Shown here: one piece after another, positions 18,492-27,318 of the stretch
Layout: each line of letters opens with the position of its first letter
Position numbering within the stretch: the first letter of the stretch is position 1
From: an uncultured Oscillospiraceae bacterium
GTDB taxonomy: Bacteria > Bacillota > Clostridia > Saccharofermentanales > UBA5734
Reading direction: 5' to 3'
NCBI GenBank assembly: GCA_963827665.1
Contig: CAWHBQ010000006.1
Coordinates: 191,953-255,952 of the forward strand
DNA: 64,000 nucleotides
Made by a program: the position numbers and the translations under genes
The notes under the pieces: generated by a model
What the model was told of the DNA's origin: nothing
What the model saw: the letters and a program-made list of their open reading frames with translations, nothing else
Database searches by the model: none

Positions 18492-19371
18492 GCTTGCCCC
18501 CTGTGAAATGCAGCACCAGGCCGGCGGCCAGGATGATCAAACCGGCGACAAAGCCGACAGGACTGTTGTAGCTTTGGGCAAACAAGCCAGGTACAAACGC
18601 GAGGGCCAGTCCGAGGGCAAAACCGGCGATCGAGATATAGGTGGACTGCATCGAGATCTTGAGGTTCTTGCCAGCCAGCAGCGGCAGGTCGCGCAGTCCG
18701 GTCGAAACCAGCCGGACCACCGGGCTGCCAGTCCCCTTGGACAAATCATCGACCAGTGCAACTGCAGCCAGCAGGCAGACCAGGTATTTGTCGATTTTGT
18801 TGTTCCGGGTCAGGATATTGGAGGCAATCAGGCCAAAGCCGCCGCTGATCAGGATGATTTTCGGGGCCACATGCCTGCCCCGCTTGATCACATTTTTGAT
18901 CAAAGTGAAGGTGCGGCCGTAGCGTTCTTTGATCTGGGCGAGTTCGCCGGCCTTGATTCGTTTGATGGTTGGAATGATAGTCCGGCTCATGATCGTAATG
19001 AATGCTGCTTTACCAATAAATCCATTATAAGTGGCTGTCAGGAAAATCAGTGTCATGACGATTGAATTCAGCGCCTGCGGCATTCTGAGCATCGTCATCA
19101 CTTTGATCGGCCAGAGGATCAGCCAGAGAAGCACCAGGGGTCCGAGCCAGTAAATGTCTTTTTTCAACCGCTGGGGCAAGGCTTTGAAATTAGCCAGGAC
19201 GATACCGGTCAACAAGGTGAAGAAACCCTGGGTCGGCAACTCTGCGTCAATCCCGGCGGGTGTCTGGCCGGACTCGGCTTGCTGACCGGCTCTTTCTGAA
19301 AAGCCCCGCAGAATCGCACCGGTTGGCACAGGGATTGGGGAAATCGGGAATTTGTCACCTGGATCTTTCAT
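18478..19371 (-). CDS. Polytopic membrane protein, uncharacterised. First gene of the operon, overlapping the Cys-rich enzyme gene by 14 nt.
   Basis: 297 aa, 6-7 hydrophobic helices. Strong RBS AAGGAGGAG upstream of ATG 19371. Confidence 0.6.
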   Translation of the reverse strand: MKDPGDKFPISPIPVPTGAILRGFSERAGQQAESGQTPAGIDAELPTQGFFTLLTGIVLANFKALPQRLKKDIYWLGPLVLLWLILWPIKVMTMLRMPQALNSIVMTLIFLTATYNGFIGKAAFITIMSRTIIPTIKRIKAGELAQIKERYGRTFTLIKNVIKRGRHVAPKIILISGGFGLIASNILTRNNKIDKYLVCLLAAVALVDDLSKGTGSPVVRLVSTGLRDLPLLAGKNLKISMQSTYISIAGFALGLALAFVPGLFAQSYNSPVGFVAGLIILAAGLVLHFTGGKHARK

Positions 19372-19653
19372 TCAGGATTCTCCTCCTTGGCTTGCTATGG
19401 ACATTCGATCGGTTATGATTCAAATGATTCAAGTGTCTGTGCGGGGTGCACGGGCGATTGGACAAAAAGCGCATTTAAACGGTCAAAATTTACTTCATTA
19501 TAATGCAAAAGAACCAGAAGATGAGTATCAAAATAGGATAAAATTGTAACCAGATATGAACCACTTTTTCCGGGCCTGAAATCAATCTTCTGTGTGATGC
19601 TGATTTATTGAAAAAGTGTGATCCTGCCGACCTGATCTTGAGGTTGAAATAGC

Positions 19654-22600
19654 ATGAAAAAGTTATTTGAAACACTCTTCGAAAACAATCCCGCTCCGAT
19701 GGCGATCAGCTCGGACCATCAATTCATTGAGGTCAATTTGGCTTTCCTGGAAATTTTCGGCTATCCAAGGCAAGAAGTCATTGGCAAGTCGCTTTTTGAG
19801 CTTGGCCTCTTCAATGATGCTGAGATCTACCAGCAAATCATGGGTGAAATCAATACGACCGGCCGACTGAAGCAAAAGGAAATCCATGTCATTTGTCAGG
19901 ATGGCCGAATTGTCGATGGCATGTATTCAGGCGAAATCATTGAGTACAATGACCGACAATGCCTGCTGTCGGTCCTGGTGGACATCACAGAAATCAAGGC
20001 TTTGAACCTGCGTATCGAGCAGGAACGGCAAAGATTGTTCAATGTGATCGAGGGGACAAATATCGGTACGTGGGAGTGGAATATCACCACTGGCGAAACG
20101 ATTTACAACGAACGTTGGGCCGAGATCATCGGCTATACGCTGGCGGAATTGCAGCCGGTTTCGATCTCGACCTGGGAAAAATTCGCTCATCCGGATGATC
20201 TGATAAAGTCCAGTGAACTTCTTCAGCAGCATTTCGCCCGGAGACTCGAGTTTTATGAGTCTGAAAGCCGGATGAAGCATAAGAACGGCAGCTGGATCTG
20301 GGTGCTCGACAAGGGAAAAGTCGTGGAATGGGACAGTGACGGCCGGCCGCTCAAAATGTTTGGCACGCATACCGATATCACCGAGTTTAAGCAGCGGGAA
20401 GAATCTGAGCATTTCTTCGCTGTCAGTCCGGACTTGCTGCTCATCGCCGATTATGATTGCCACGCGCTCAAATTGAGTCGGTCCTGGACGACCGTTCTGG
20501 GGTACCAGCTGGAAGAAATCGAGAATCAAGTACTATATGATTTTGTCCATCCGGAGGACCTGGCTGCAACCCGCCTGGCTATTGGCGGCATTATCGCTAA
20601 CCAGGAAATCACTATTTTTACGAATCGGTATCGCTGCAAAGACGGTTCGTACCGCTTCCTCGAATGGCGGTTGCAGCCTTTTGCCGGCAAGATTTTCGCC
20701 ACCGCGCGTGACATCACGGAACTGAAGCTGAAGCAGACTGAGCTTCAGGAACGCGTCAAAGAATTGACTTGCCTGCACAATGTCAGCCGCATGATTGCCA
20801 ACCCGGGCTTGTCAGAGGACGTTTTCTGCGCCGGTGTTGCCACCTCGCTCAACCTGATTCTCCACCATCCGGAACATGCGACCACGGTGATCGAGATCAG
20901 GGGCCGGCGATATCAGTCCGGACCAGTGATTGATCCGAATGGCGAGTCACTGGAATGCAGCATGGTCGTTAACGATAGGACTGTCGGCCGCATCGCCGCC
21001 TATCATCCGGCGGGCACAGCATTTCTGCTGCCTTTCGAGCAGAATCTGGTCAACAATCTGGCCAGTATGCTCAGCCTATGGGTCCAAAGCCAGGATTACA
21101 AGTCCGAGATGCACAAATTCGTCCAGGCTGTCGACCAGTGCGGCACGAATATTGTCATCACCAACACCTTTGGTATCATCGAATACGTCAACCAGGCTTT
21201 TCTTGCCACAACTGGCTATACAAAAGATGAAGTGATCGGCCAGAACCCGCGATTCCTGCAATCCGGGCTGACACCGGCTGAAACGTACGAAGATTTATGG
21301 CGGACCATTTTTGTCGGCCAGACTTGGCGCGGCGAATTCTGCAACCGCACCAAGACCGGGGAACTGTACTGGGAAATTGCTTCTGTCTCCTGCATCCGTG
21401 ATCAGCATGGCAAAATCACCCATTTCCTGGGGGTCAAAGAAGACATTACTGCCCGAAAACACGATCAGGAACGCATCGCTGATGCCCTGGCGTTCAACAA
21501 GACCATCCTGGATTCATCACCATTCGGCATCCTCATCTACAAGGCGTCCGGCAGGTGTATTTCAGCCAACGCCGCAGCCGGTGTGATCACCGGAAAGACG
21601 CACGAGGAACTGCTGGCGCACGACTTCCATGCTTCAAAATCATGGAAAGCGTCCGGCCTGTACCGTGCAGCAATGAAAACACTGGAAACTGGCGATCCAG
21701 TCTCAGCCGCAGTGCATTGCCAGATTTCGACTGGCCGGGAACTCTGGCTCAATTACACCTTCAATCCATTCATGATCGGCGGCGAATTGCATCTGCTCCA
21801 CATGTTCCAGGATGACTCCCTGCGCCAGAAAGCTGAGGAAGAATTAAAGCTTACCAATGAGAAACTTGAAGTTATTGTCAAAGACCTGGAAGTCAGCAGG
21901 AACAATTCCGACTTGCTCCGCCAGTTGGGCGATATGCTCCAGATCTGCCATGAGGTCAAGGAGGCGTTTGATATCATCGAACCGTTCATCCCCAGCCTTT
22001 TCCCCGATTCCACTGGCACCCTATATATGCTTGATGCCAACTTGCGAACGGTATCCGCAGTATTGAGCTGGGGCGGGCAGGTGGACTCCGATCCGGTTTT
22101 CAGTCTGGAAAATTGCTGGTCGCTGCGCAGCAACCAGACCCATTTCACCAACACAGCCCTGCCCGGGCCAAAGTGCAAGTATATGGATGAGTCATTCTCG
22201 GGTATCTACCTGGACTTGCCCCTGACAGCATCGGGCGAAACGATCGGCCTGTTCCATTTAGAGTGGTCAGGCCTCAAGAATCTCCCCACACAAGTCCAGA
22301 GTCTCGCCCAGATCATGACTGAGCACATCGCCCTGGCACTGGCCAATATCCGGCTTCGTGAGAGACTGGTCTACCAGTCCGTGCGAGATCCGTTGACCGG
22401 CGCCTTCAACCGGCGCTACATGGAAGAGACACTGGCGCGCGAAGTCATGCGCGCAAGACGGTACAATAAATCACTTGGCCTCATGATGATTGATATTGAC
22501 TATTTTAAAAAGTTCAACGATACCTATGGCCATGCTGCCGGAGACCTCGTCTTGAAAAACCTCAGTACGTTGCTCGCGACCAATGTCCGGACCAGCGATA

Positions 22601-22890
22601 TTGTCTGCCGGATGGGCGGCGAGGAATTCCTCGTCATCCTGACCGATGCCAGCAGCGAAATCGTTCACGAGCGGGCTGAATCGATCCGCCAGGCAGTCGC
22701 AGCTTTAAAACTGGTTTACGACGATCAGCCACTTGGTCCGATGACGGTGTCGATCGGGGTTGCCATGCATCCGGAACAGGGCAGCAGTGAGGAAGTACTA
22801 CTGCGGCGAGCTGACGACGCCCTGTACCTGGCCAAGAATTCCGGCCGCAACCGGGTCGAAACTGCTATGCCGGCTTTGCCTTCGCCTTGA
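19654..22890 (+). CDS. Cytoplasmic multi-PAS/PAC (plus GAF-like) sensor diguanylate cyclase (GGDEF)
   Basis: Several PAS/PAC repeats (e.g. FLEIFGYPRQEVIGKS, WEWNITTGETIYNERW), a GAF-like segment, and a C-terminal GGDEF domain with RMGGEEF active site and RxxD-like I-site context. 1078 aa. Confidence 0.9.
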   Translation: MKKLFETLFENNPAPMAISSDHQFIEVNLAFLEIFGYPRQEVIGKSLFELGLFNDAEIYQQIMGEINTTGRLKQKEIHVICQDGRIVDGMYSGEIIEYNDRQCLLSVLVDITEIKALNLRIEQERQRLFNVIEGTNIGTWEWNITTGETIYNERWAEIIGYTLAELQPVSISTWEKFAHPDDLIKSSELLQQHFARRLEFYESESRMKHKNGSWIWVLDKGKVVEWDSDGRPLKMFGTHTDITEFKQREESEHFFAVSPDLLLIADYDCHALKLSRSWTTVLGYQLEEIENQVLYDFVHPEDLAATRLAIGGIIANQEITIFTNRYRCKDGSYRFLEWRLQPFAGKIFATARDITELKLKQTELQERVKELTCLHNVSRMIANPGLSEDVFCAGVATSLNLILHHPEHATTVIEIRGRRYQSGPVIDPNGESLECSMVVNDRTVGRIAAYHPAGTAFLLPFEQNLVNNLASMLSLWVQSQDYKSEMHKFVQAVDQCGTNIVITNTFGIIEYVNQAFLATTGYTKDEVIGQNPRFLQSGLTPAETYEDLWRTIFVGQTWRGEFCNRTKTGELYWEIASVSCIRDQHGKITHFLGVKEDITARKHDQERIADALAFNKTILDSSPFGILIYKASGRCISANAAAGVITGKTHEELLAHDFHASKSWKASGLYRAAMKTLETGDPVSAAVHCQISTGRELWLNYTFNPFMIGGELHLLHMFQDDSLRQKAEEELKLTNEKLEVIVKDLEVSRNNSDLLRQLGDMLQICHEVKEAFDIIEPFIPSLFPDSTGTLYMLDANLRTVSAVLSWGGQVDSDPVFSLENCWSLRSNQTHFTNTALPGPKCKYMDESFSGIYLDLPLTASGETIGLFHLEWSGLKNLPTQVQSLAQIMTEHIALALANIRLRERLVYQSVRDPLTGAFNRRYMEETLAREVMRARRYNKSLGLMMIDIDYFKKFNDTYGHAAGDLVLKNLSTLLATNVRTSDIVCRMGGEEFLVILTDASSEIVHERAESIRQAVAALKLVYDDQPLGPMTVSIGVAMHPEQGSSEEVLLRRADDALYLAKNSGRNRVETAMPALPSP

Positions 22891-22896
22891 ACTCAA

Positions 22897-22933
22897 AAGA
22901 GCCGCGTTCACAGTTCAGTGTGAGGCGGCTCTT
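22897..22933. terminator. Hairpin between convergent genes (aagagccgc ... gcggctctt). Possible bidirectional terminator; lacks a clean U-tract.
   Basis: 9-bp inverted repeat with a 19-nt loop, seen directly. Confidence 0.35.
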
Positions 22934-22940
22934 CTATCGA

Positions 22941-24617
22941 TCAGGCGTCATGAAGGCTACAGGAGGGGGAGACTATAGCTATCCTAACGGTGAGGGAGTT
23001 CAAAACCCAAATTAGCCGAGGTATTTTTCCAGAGTAGCACGGACAGCATCCGGGTCCGGCCACAAGTTCGCTGAAGAAGCCGATGACTTTCTTGTCGAGG
23101 CCGATTTTGACCAGGTCGACGCCGAAGATGTTGGCGTTCGCCAGGATCGGCTTGAGGGTCGCATCGAACGGACCTTGATCGCCAAGTTTGATGCCGGCCA
23201 GTTTGGCCTGCATTTCTTCCAGCATCGGATCCGGGCTCAGGGTCATCGCCTGGCCAGAATCGTCGACAGCCAGGAGATATCGCAGCCAGCCAGCAAAGAA
23301 GAGTGGGATATAGGTCAGGTTCTGTTCTTCGCCTTTGCCGCGTTTGATGTAAGATTTCAGGGTTTCACCGAAACGGACCGGGATCTTTTGGGAGGTGTCG
23401 GTGGCGATGCGTTGCGGGGCATCCGGCAGGTAGGGGTTCGGGAAACGGACGTCGATAACGGTCTTGATGAAGTCCATCGGCTTGATGATGCCCGGATCGA
23501 CAACGACCGGCATGCTTTCGATGTAGCCGACTTTTTCGATAAAGGCCTTCATCTGGGGATCGTTGCCAATGTCGGCGATGGTCGGCAGATTGAGCAGGCA
23601 GCCATAAATCGCCATGATTGTGTGCAGCGGATTGAGGCAGGTCGTGACCTTCATGGTCTCGATTTTGTCAACTGTCTCACGGTCTGTGAACAGGACACCG
23701 CCTTTTTCAAGCTGCGGACGGCCATTCGGGAACCAGTCTTCGATGACCAGGTACTCGGTCGGTTCAGCATTGACGAAAGACGCGGTGTAGGTGTTTTTAG
23801 CGGTGATGATCAGGTCGGTGTCTTCGTAGCCGTCCGCTGTGAGGGTTGCTTTGACGACATCGGAAGGACGGGGGGTGATTTTGTCGATCATGCTCCAGTT
23901 GAAGGAGACTTTCTTGGGATCCTTGAGGTATTCGATGTATCCGGCGTCGACCAGACCACGCTTCAGCCATTCATCAGCAAAGGTCATGACGGCATCGAGG
24001 AGTTTTGTGCCATTGTGTGAGCAGTTGTCCATGCTGACCAGGGCGATCGGCAGTTTGCCAGCCAGGTAGCGCTTGTAGACGAGCATGGTCAGCAGGCTGA
24101 TCAGGCTGGCCGGTTTGGACATCGGCAGGGCGTCGAAATCGGCGGCGATCCATTTGAAATACTGGCCGTCGGCGCCTTTGACGGAATAGCCTTTTTCAGT
24201 GATGGTGAAGCTGACCATCTGCAGGGATGGCGCTTCAAAAATACGGATCATTTCCGCCATGTCGGTGCTCGGTTTGACGGCATGGACGACACTGGCAACC
24301 ACTTCTTTGCCGATCTTGCCGTCGGAATTCAAGGTCACGGTCAGGCTCAGGTTGTCAAAAGGCGTGTAGGCTTTGTCGATGATTTCTTCGTCAAATGCTT
24401 CGCCGACGATGATGCCTCTGTCGCACAGGCCCTGGTTGAGCAGGTGCTGGTGGACGGTGGCCGGGAAACCACGGAAAATGTTGCCGGCGCCAAAATGGAT
24501 CCACATCGGTTCAGCAAGGGTTTTGGCTTTGACAGCTTCGATGTCAAACTGGGGCAGTCTGTATCCCTTGGATGTCCACTGTTCGGTGTTTTTCAGTTCC
24601 TTAAGATTAAGTTTCAT
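22941..24617 (-). CDS. Mannitol-dehydrogenase-family oxidoreductase (altronate/mannonate/tagaturonate reductase type, UxaB/UxuB-like). The 3' end is probably frameshifted.
   Basis: WIHFGAGNIFRG dinucleotide-binding signature of the mannitol DH family. RBS GAGAGGTAG. The Cys-rich tail overlapping the GGDEF gene looks artefactual. An alternate frame gives ...PDPDAVRATLEKYLG-stop at about 23019. Confidence 0.75.
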   Translation of the reverse strand: MKLNLKELKNTEQWTSKGYRLPQFDIEAVKAKTLAEPMWIHFGAGNIFRGFPATVHQHLLNQGLCDRGIIVGEAFDEEIIDKAYTPFDNLSLTVTLNSDGKIGKEVVASVVHAVKPSTDMAEMIRIFEAPSLQMVSFTITEKGYSVKGADGQYFKWIAADFDALPMSKPASLISLLTMLVYKRYLAGKLPIALVSMDNCSHNGTKLLDAVMTFADEWLKRGLVDAGYIEYLKDPKKVSFNWSMIDKITPRPSDVVKATLTADGYEDTDLIITAKNTYTASFVNAEPTEYLVIEDWFPNGRPQLEKGGVLFTDRETVDKIETMKVTTCLNPLHTIMAIYGCLLNLPTIADIGNDPQMKAFIEKVGYIESMPVVVDPGIIKPMDFIKTVIDVRFPNPYLPDAPQRIATDTSQKIPVRFGETLKSYIKRGKGEEQNLTYIPLFFAGWLRYLLAVDDSGQAMTLSPDPMLEEMQAKLAGIKLGDQGPFDATLKPILANANIFGVDLVKIGLDKKVIGFFSELVAGPGCCPCYSGKIPRLIWVLNSLTVRIAIVSPSCSLHDA

Positions 24618-24858
24618 AATTATCTACCTCTCGTCTCGGCTGCTTGATGTATTCATTTTGCGCGCTAAGTACCCATAATGGCATTGCAAAAACATTGCTA
24701 AAGACTGGTAAGAATTGCTGAAATTTGCGAATGAAATGGCTTCGTTTGAACAGATGTTATGAAATTGGGGAGCGTATTATTTATTAAAAAAAGCGATACA
24801 ATCTGTCATACTGGTCATGAAAACAGTTGCGGCCATCAATCCAGGAGGTGTCCAGTCG

Positions 24859-25836
24859 ATGCAAAATATAGACTATCTGATCAATGCTACTGAACCTTGG
24901 GTTGTTTATCGCACCTTGGTCGATCTCATGGGCTGCAGTGAGAATGATCCTGCAGTCAGACTTGCGCGGGAACAGATGCTGGGGCACCCATTGGTTCTGG
25001 GTCTAATTGAAGAATTGCAGCTATGGCCAGGGCAGGTCCTGAACAGCCATAAGAGCGCCGGCCAGCACTATCACAAACTGGCTTTCCTGGCCGACCTTGG
25101 GCTTACTCGTTCAGATCCCGGCCTTGAAGCTGTTATCGGCAAAGTGATGGAGAATCCGTCGACTGAAGGTCTTTTTCAGTTGCCGACTAATGTCCCGGTC
25201 CATTTCGGGGGGACGGGAAAGGATCAATTGGCCTGGGCTTTATGTGATGCGCCTTTGTTGTTATACGCTGTAGCCAGGATGGGTATAGAACAGACAGCTG
25301 AAGTCCGGAAGGGGATCGACTATCTGCGCAGCCTGGCGCGGGAAAATGGCTGGCCCTGCAAGGTTTCAAAAACACTTGGCAAGTTCCGTGGTCCGGGAAG
25401 GCTCGATGATCCCTGCCCCTATGTCAATTTGATCATGCTCAAATTATTATCGCTGGCTGAAAATGACCGGACCAGCAGGGAAGCCCGGATTGGCGTCGAG
25501 TGCCTGCTCGATCTCTGGTCTTGCAGCAAAGAACGCCACCCTTACATGTTCTTCATGGGAACAGATTTTCGCAAACTGAAAGCACCATTTGTCTGGTACG
25601 ATATCCTGCATGTTGCTGATGTGCTTTCACACTACGACTTCGCAATTCACGATCGACGATTCATTGACATGCTGGTCGTCATCCACGCGAAAGCTGATGC
25701 CAATGGCCTATACCGTCCTGAATCGGAGTGGAAAGCCTGGCAGGCTTGGGATTTTGGCCAGAAAAAACAACCGTCACCCTGGCTGACGTTCCTGGTTTAC
25801 CGGATTGACAAGCGACTGGAGCTAGCCGGCTGTTAA
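24859..25836 (+). CDS. Hypothetical protein (alpha-helical repeat-like; function unknown)
   Basis: Start moved to MQNIDYL with strong RBS AGGAGGTG. No motif recognised. Confidence 0.5.
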   Translation: MQNIDYLINATEPWVVYRTLVDLMGCSENDPAVRLAREQMLGHPLVLGLIEELQLWPGQVLNSHKSAGQHYHKLAFLADLGLTRSDPGLEAVIGKVMENPSTEGLFQLPTNVPVHFGGTGKDQLAWALCDAPLLLYAVARMGIEQTAEVRKGIDYLRSLARENGWPCKVSKTLGKFRGPGRLDDPCPYVNLIMLKLLSLAENDRTSREARIGVECLLDLWSCSKERHPYMFFMGTDFRKLKAPFVWYDILHVADVLSHYDFAIHDRRFIDMLVVIHAKADANGLYRPESEWKAWQAWDFGQKKQPSPWLTFLVYRIDKRLELAGC

Positions 25837-26170
25837 TACCGGAATCTGGACAAAATTCATGTTTAGACTGTGGAAAATATGGCGATAGCCTGTTTCTGTA
25901 ACGCAGGTTTCGTTTGTCAAAAGATGTGAAAAAATCACGCCGGACAGCCACTTTGTGGGTATTTCACGACCTCGCCCAAAAGAGTTGCCAGCTTTTATTG
26001 CTGATGGTAAAGTGAGCCTACAACCAAACAGTGGATGCTATGAAATTAAGGTCGTATCTGGATGCGTAGACCTTAACGGAGCAAATCGCATAACCGACCA
26101 CAGGATTGTAGATGTGGCCGGCGTTTTTTATTCCGGCCGGGAAAAAACATGAATAAAATCTTGGAGGAAA

Positions 26171-26665
26171 ATGAAAATGAAAAATGTTAAACTTAGCCTG
26201 GTCCTGATCGTTGTTGCCCTGATGGTCGCCGCTGTTGGATCAGCTGCTTTGGCCTCGATCTCCCTTGACCGTACAGTTGAAGCCGGACAAGTCTTGACGG
26301 ATATCGATCCAAACGCTGCCATTGTCTTCACCGCTGACGCTGCCTATTCCACCGTGATTGACTCGGCCACCAAAGCAAACGGCGAAGTGATCCTCGACCT
26401 GAATGGTGCAATCAGCAACACCCTGACTGAAGGCTACAACACTGAGGCAACTTTTGCCATTGGTACTTCAGCTGCTCCGGTCTTCTACATCACCAACAAC
26501 TCGGATGCTCCCGTTGCTGTCAATCTGTCTGGTGCAAACGGTGGTCTATCCCTGGTCAACCCAGGCACTGTCCCGGCAGGTGGTAAGGTCGGCTTCTATT
26601 TCGCAATTGATACCCATGGTGTTGCTGCCGGGTCGTCTATCGGCGGTACCCTCACCGTCAGATAA
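26171..26665 (+). CDS. Small secreted Gly/Ala/Thr-rich protein with SipW-cognate-type signal peptide (TasA/camelysin-like fibre subunit candidate)
   Basis: MKMKNVKLSLVLIVVALMVAAVGSAALASISL signal. Beta-rich low-complexity mature part. RBS GGAGG. First gene of the operon with the S26B signal peptidase. Confidence 0.65.
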   Translation: MKMKNVKLSLVLIVVALMVAAVGSAALASISLDRTVEAGQVLTDIDPNAAIVFTADAAYSTVIDSATKANGEVILDLNGAISNTLTEGYNTEATFAIGTSAAPVFYITNNSDAPVAVNLSGANGGLSLVNPGTVPAGGKVGFYFAIDTHGVAAGSSIGGTLTVR

Positions 26666-26766
26666 TTGAACCGGACCATTAAGATCGAACTTTTCGATCA
26701 TCAAACGATTGTCAACCAAATCATATTCAAGGATTAGGCCGCAATTGGGAAAGAGAGCTGACCAGT

Positions 26767-27318
26767 ATGAAAAATAGGATTTCACTCCTGTTGATCTTAC
26801 TCGGCCTGGCTCTCTTTCTTTTCCAGGCCACAGGCAGTTTTGCACTCGAATCAGTTGCAGCCAATCGGTCCATCCATGCCGGTAAGGTCGTTGATGACCA
26901 GCAGGGTTTACTGGCCCTCAGTGGGTTTAACAACACGATCTGGCCAATCAGCAACAACTTGACTTACAAACCAACCGGATCAATCACAAATAACACCAGT
27001 AAACCGCTCCGCCTGACGATCAATGCCAAGCTGATCGCCCCATTGCCATTGAAGAAATTCACGCTCAATATCCGTTTCGGTAGCTTGAGCACAGATCCAA
27101 CCTTGTATTTTTCAGAGGCAGATACAAGCGCCAAATCCATCCAGAGTATCTTGATTCAACCTGGACAGACTTTCACCATTCCGGTCCAGTCCTTGTTCAA
27201 AACGGTCAGTGAACAGGCCACGGTGTCCTATTCATTCAGGATTGTCAGTACAGATGGCAAGATCGATACAACCCTGCAAGATTCTGCTGCCGCCCCACGC
27301 AGGCAGATATTCCGATGA
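26767..27318 (+). CDS. Second secreted protein with N-terminal signal peptide (accessory/anchor subunit candidate)
   Basis: MKNRISLLLILLGLALFLFQATGSFALESVAA signal. 183 aa, Thr/Ser/Asn-rich. Stop overlaps the sipW-like start (ATGA). Confidence 0.6.
   Translation: MKNRISLLLILLGLALFLFQATGSFALESVAANRSIHAGKVVDDQQGLLALSGFNNTIWPISNNLTYKPTGSITNNTSKPLRLTINAKLIAPLPLKKFTLNIRFGSLSTDPTLYFSEADTSAKSIQSILIQPGQTFTIPVQSLFKTVSEQATVSYSFRIVSTDGKIDTTLQDSAAAPRRQIFR

Noticed and set aside
23175-24020. 281-aa plus-strand ORF
   Set aside because: Antisense to the mannitol-dehydrogenase-family gene. Typical Asp/Gly/Val-rich mirror frame.
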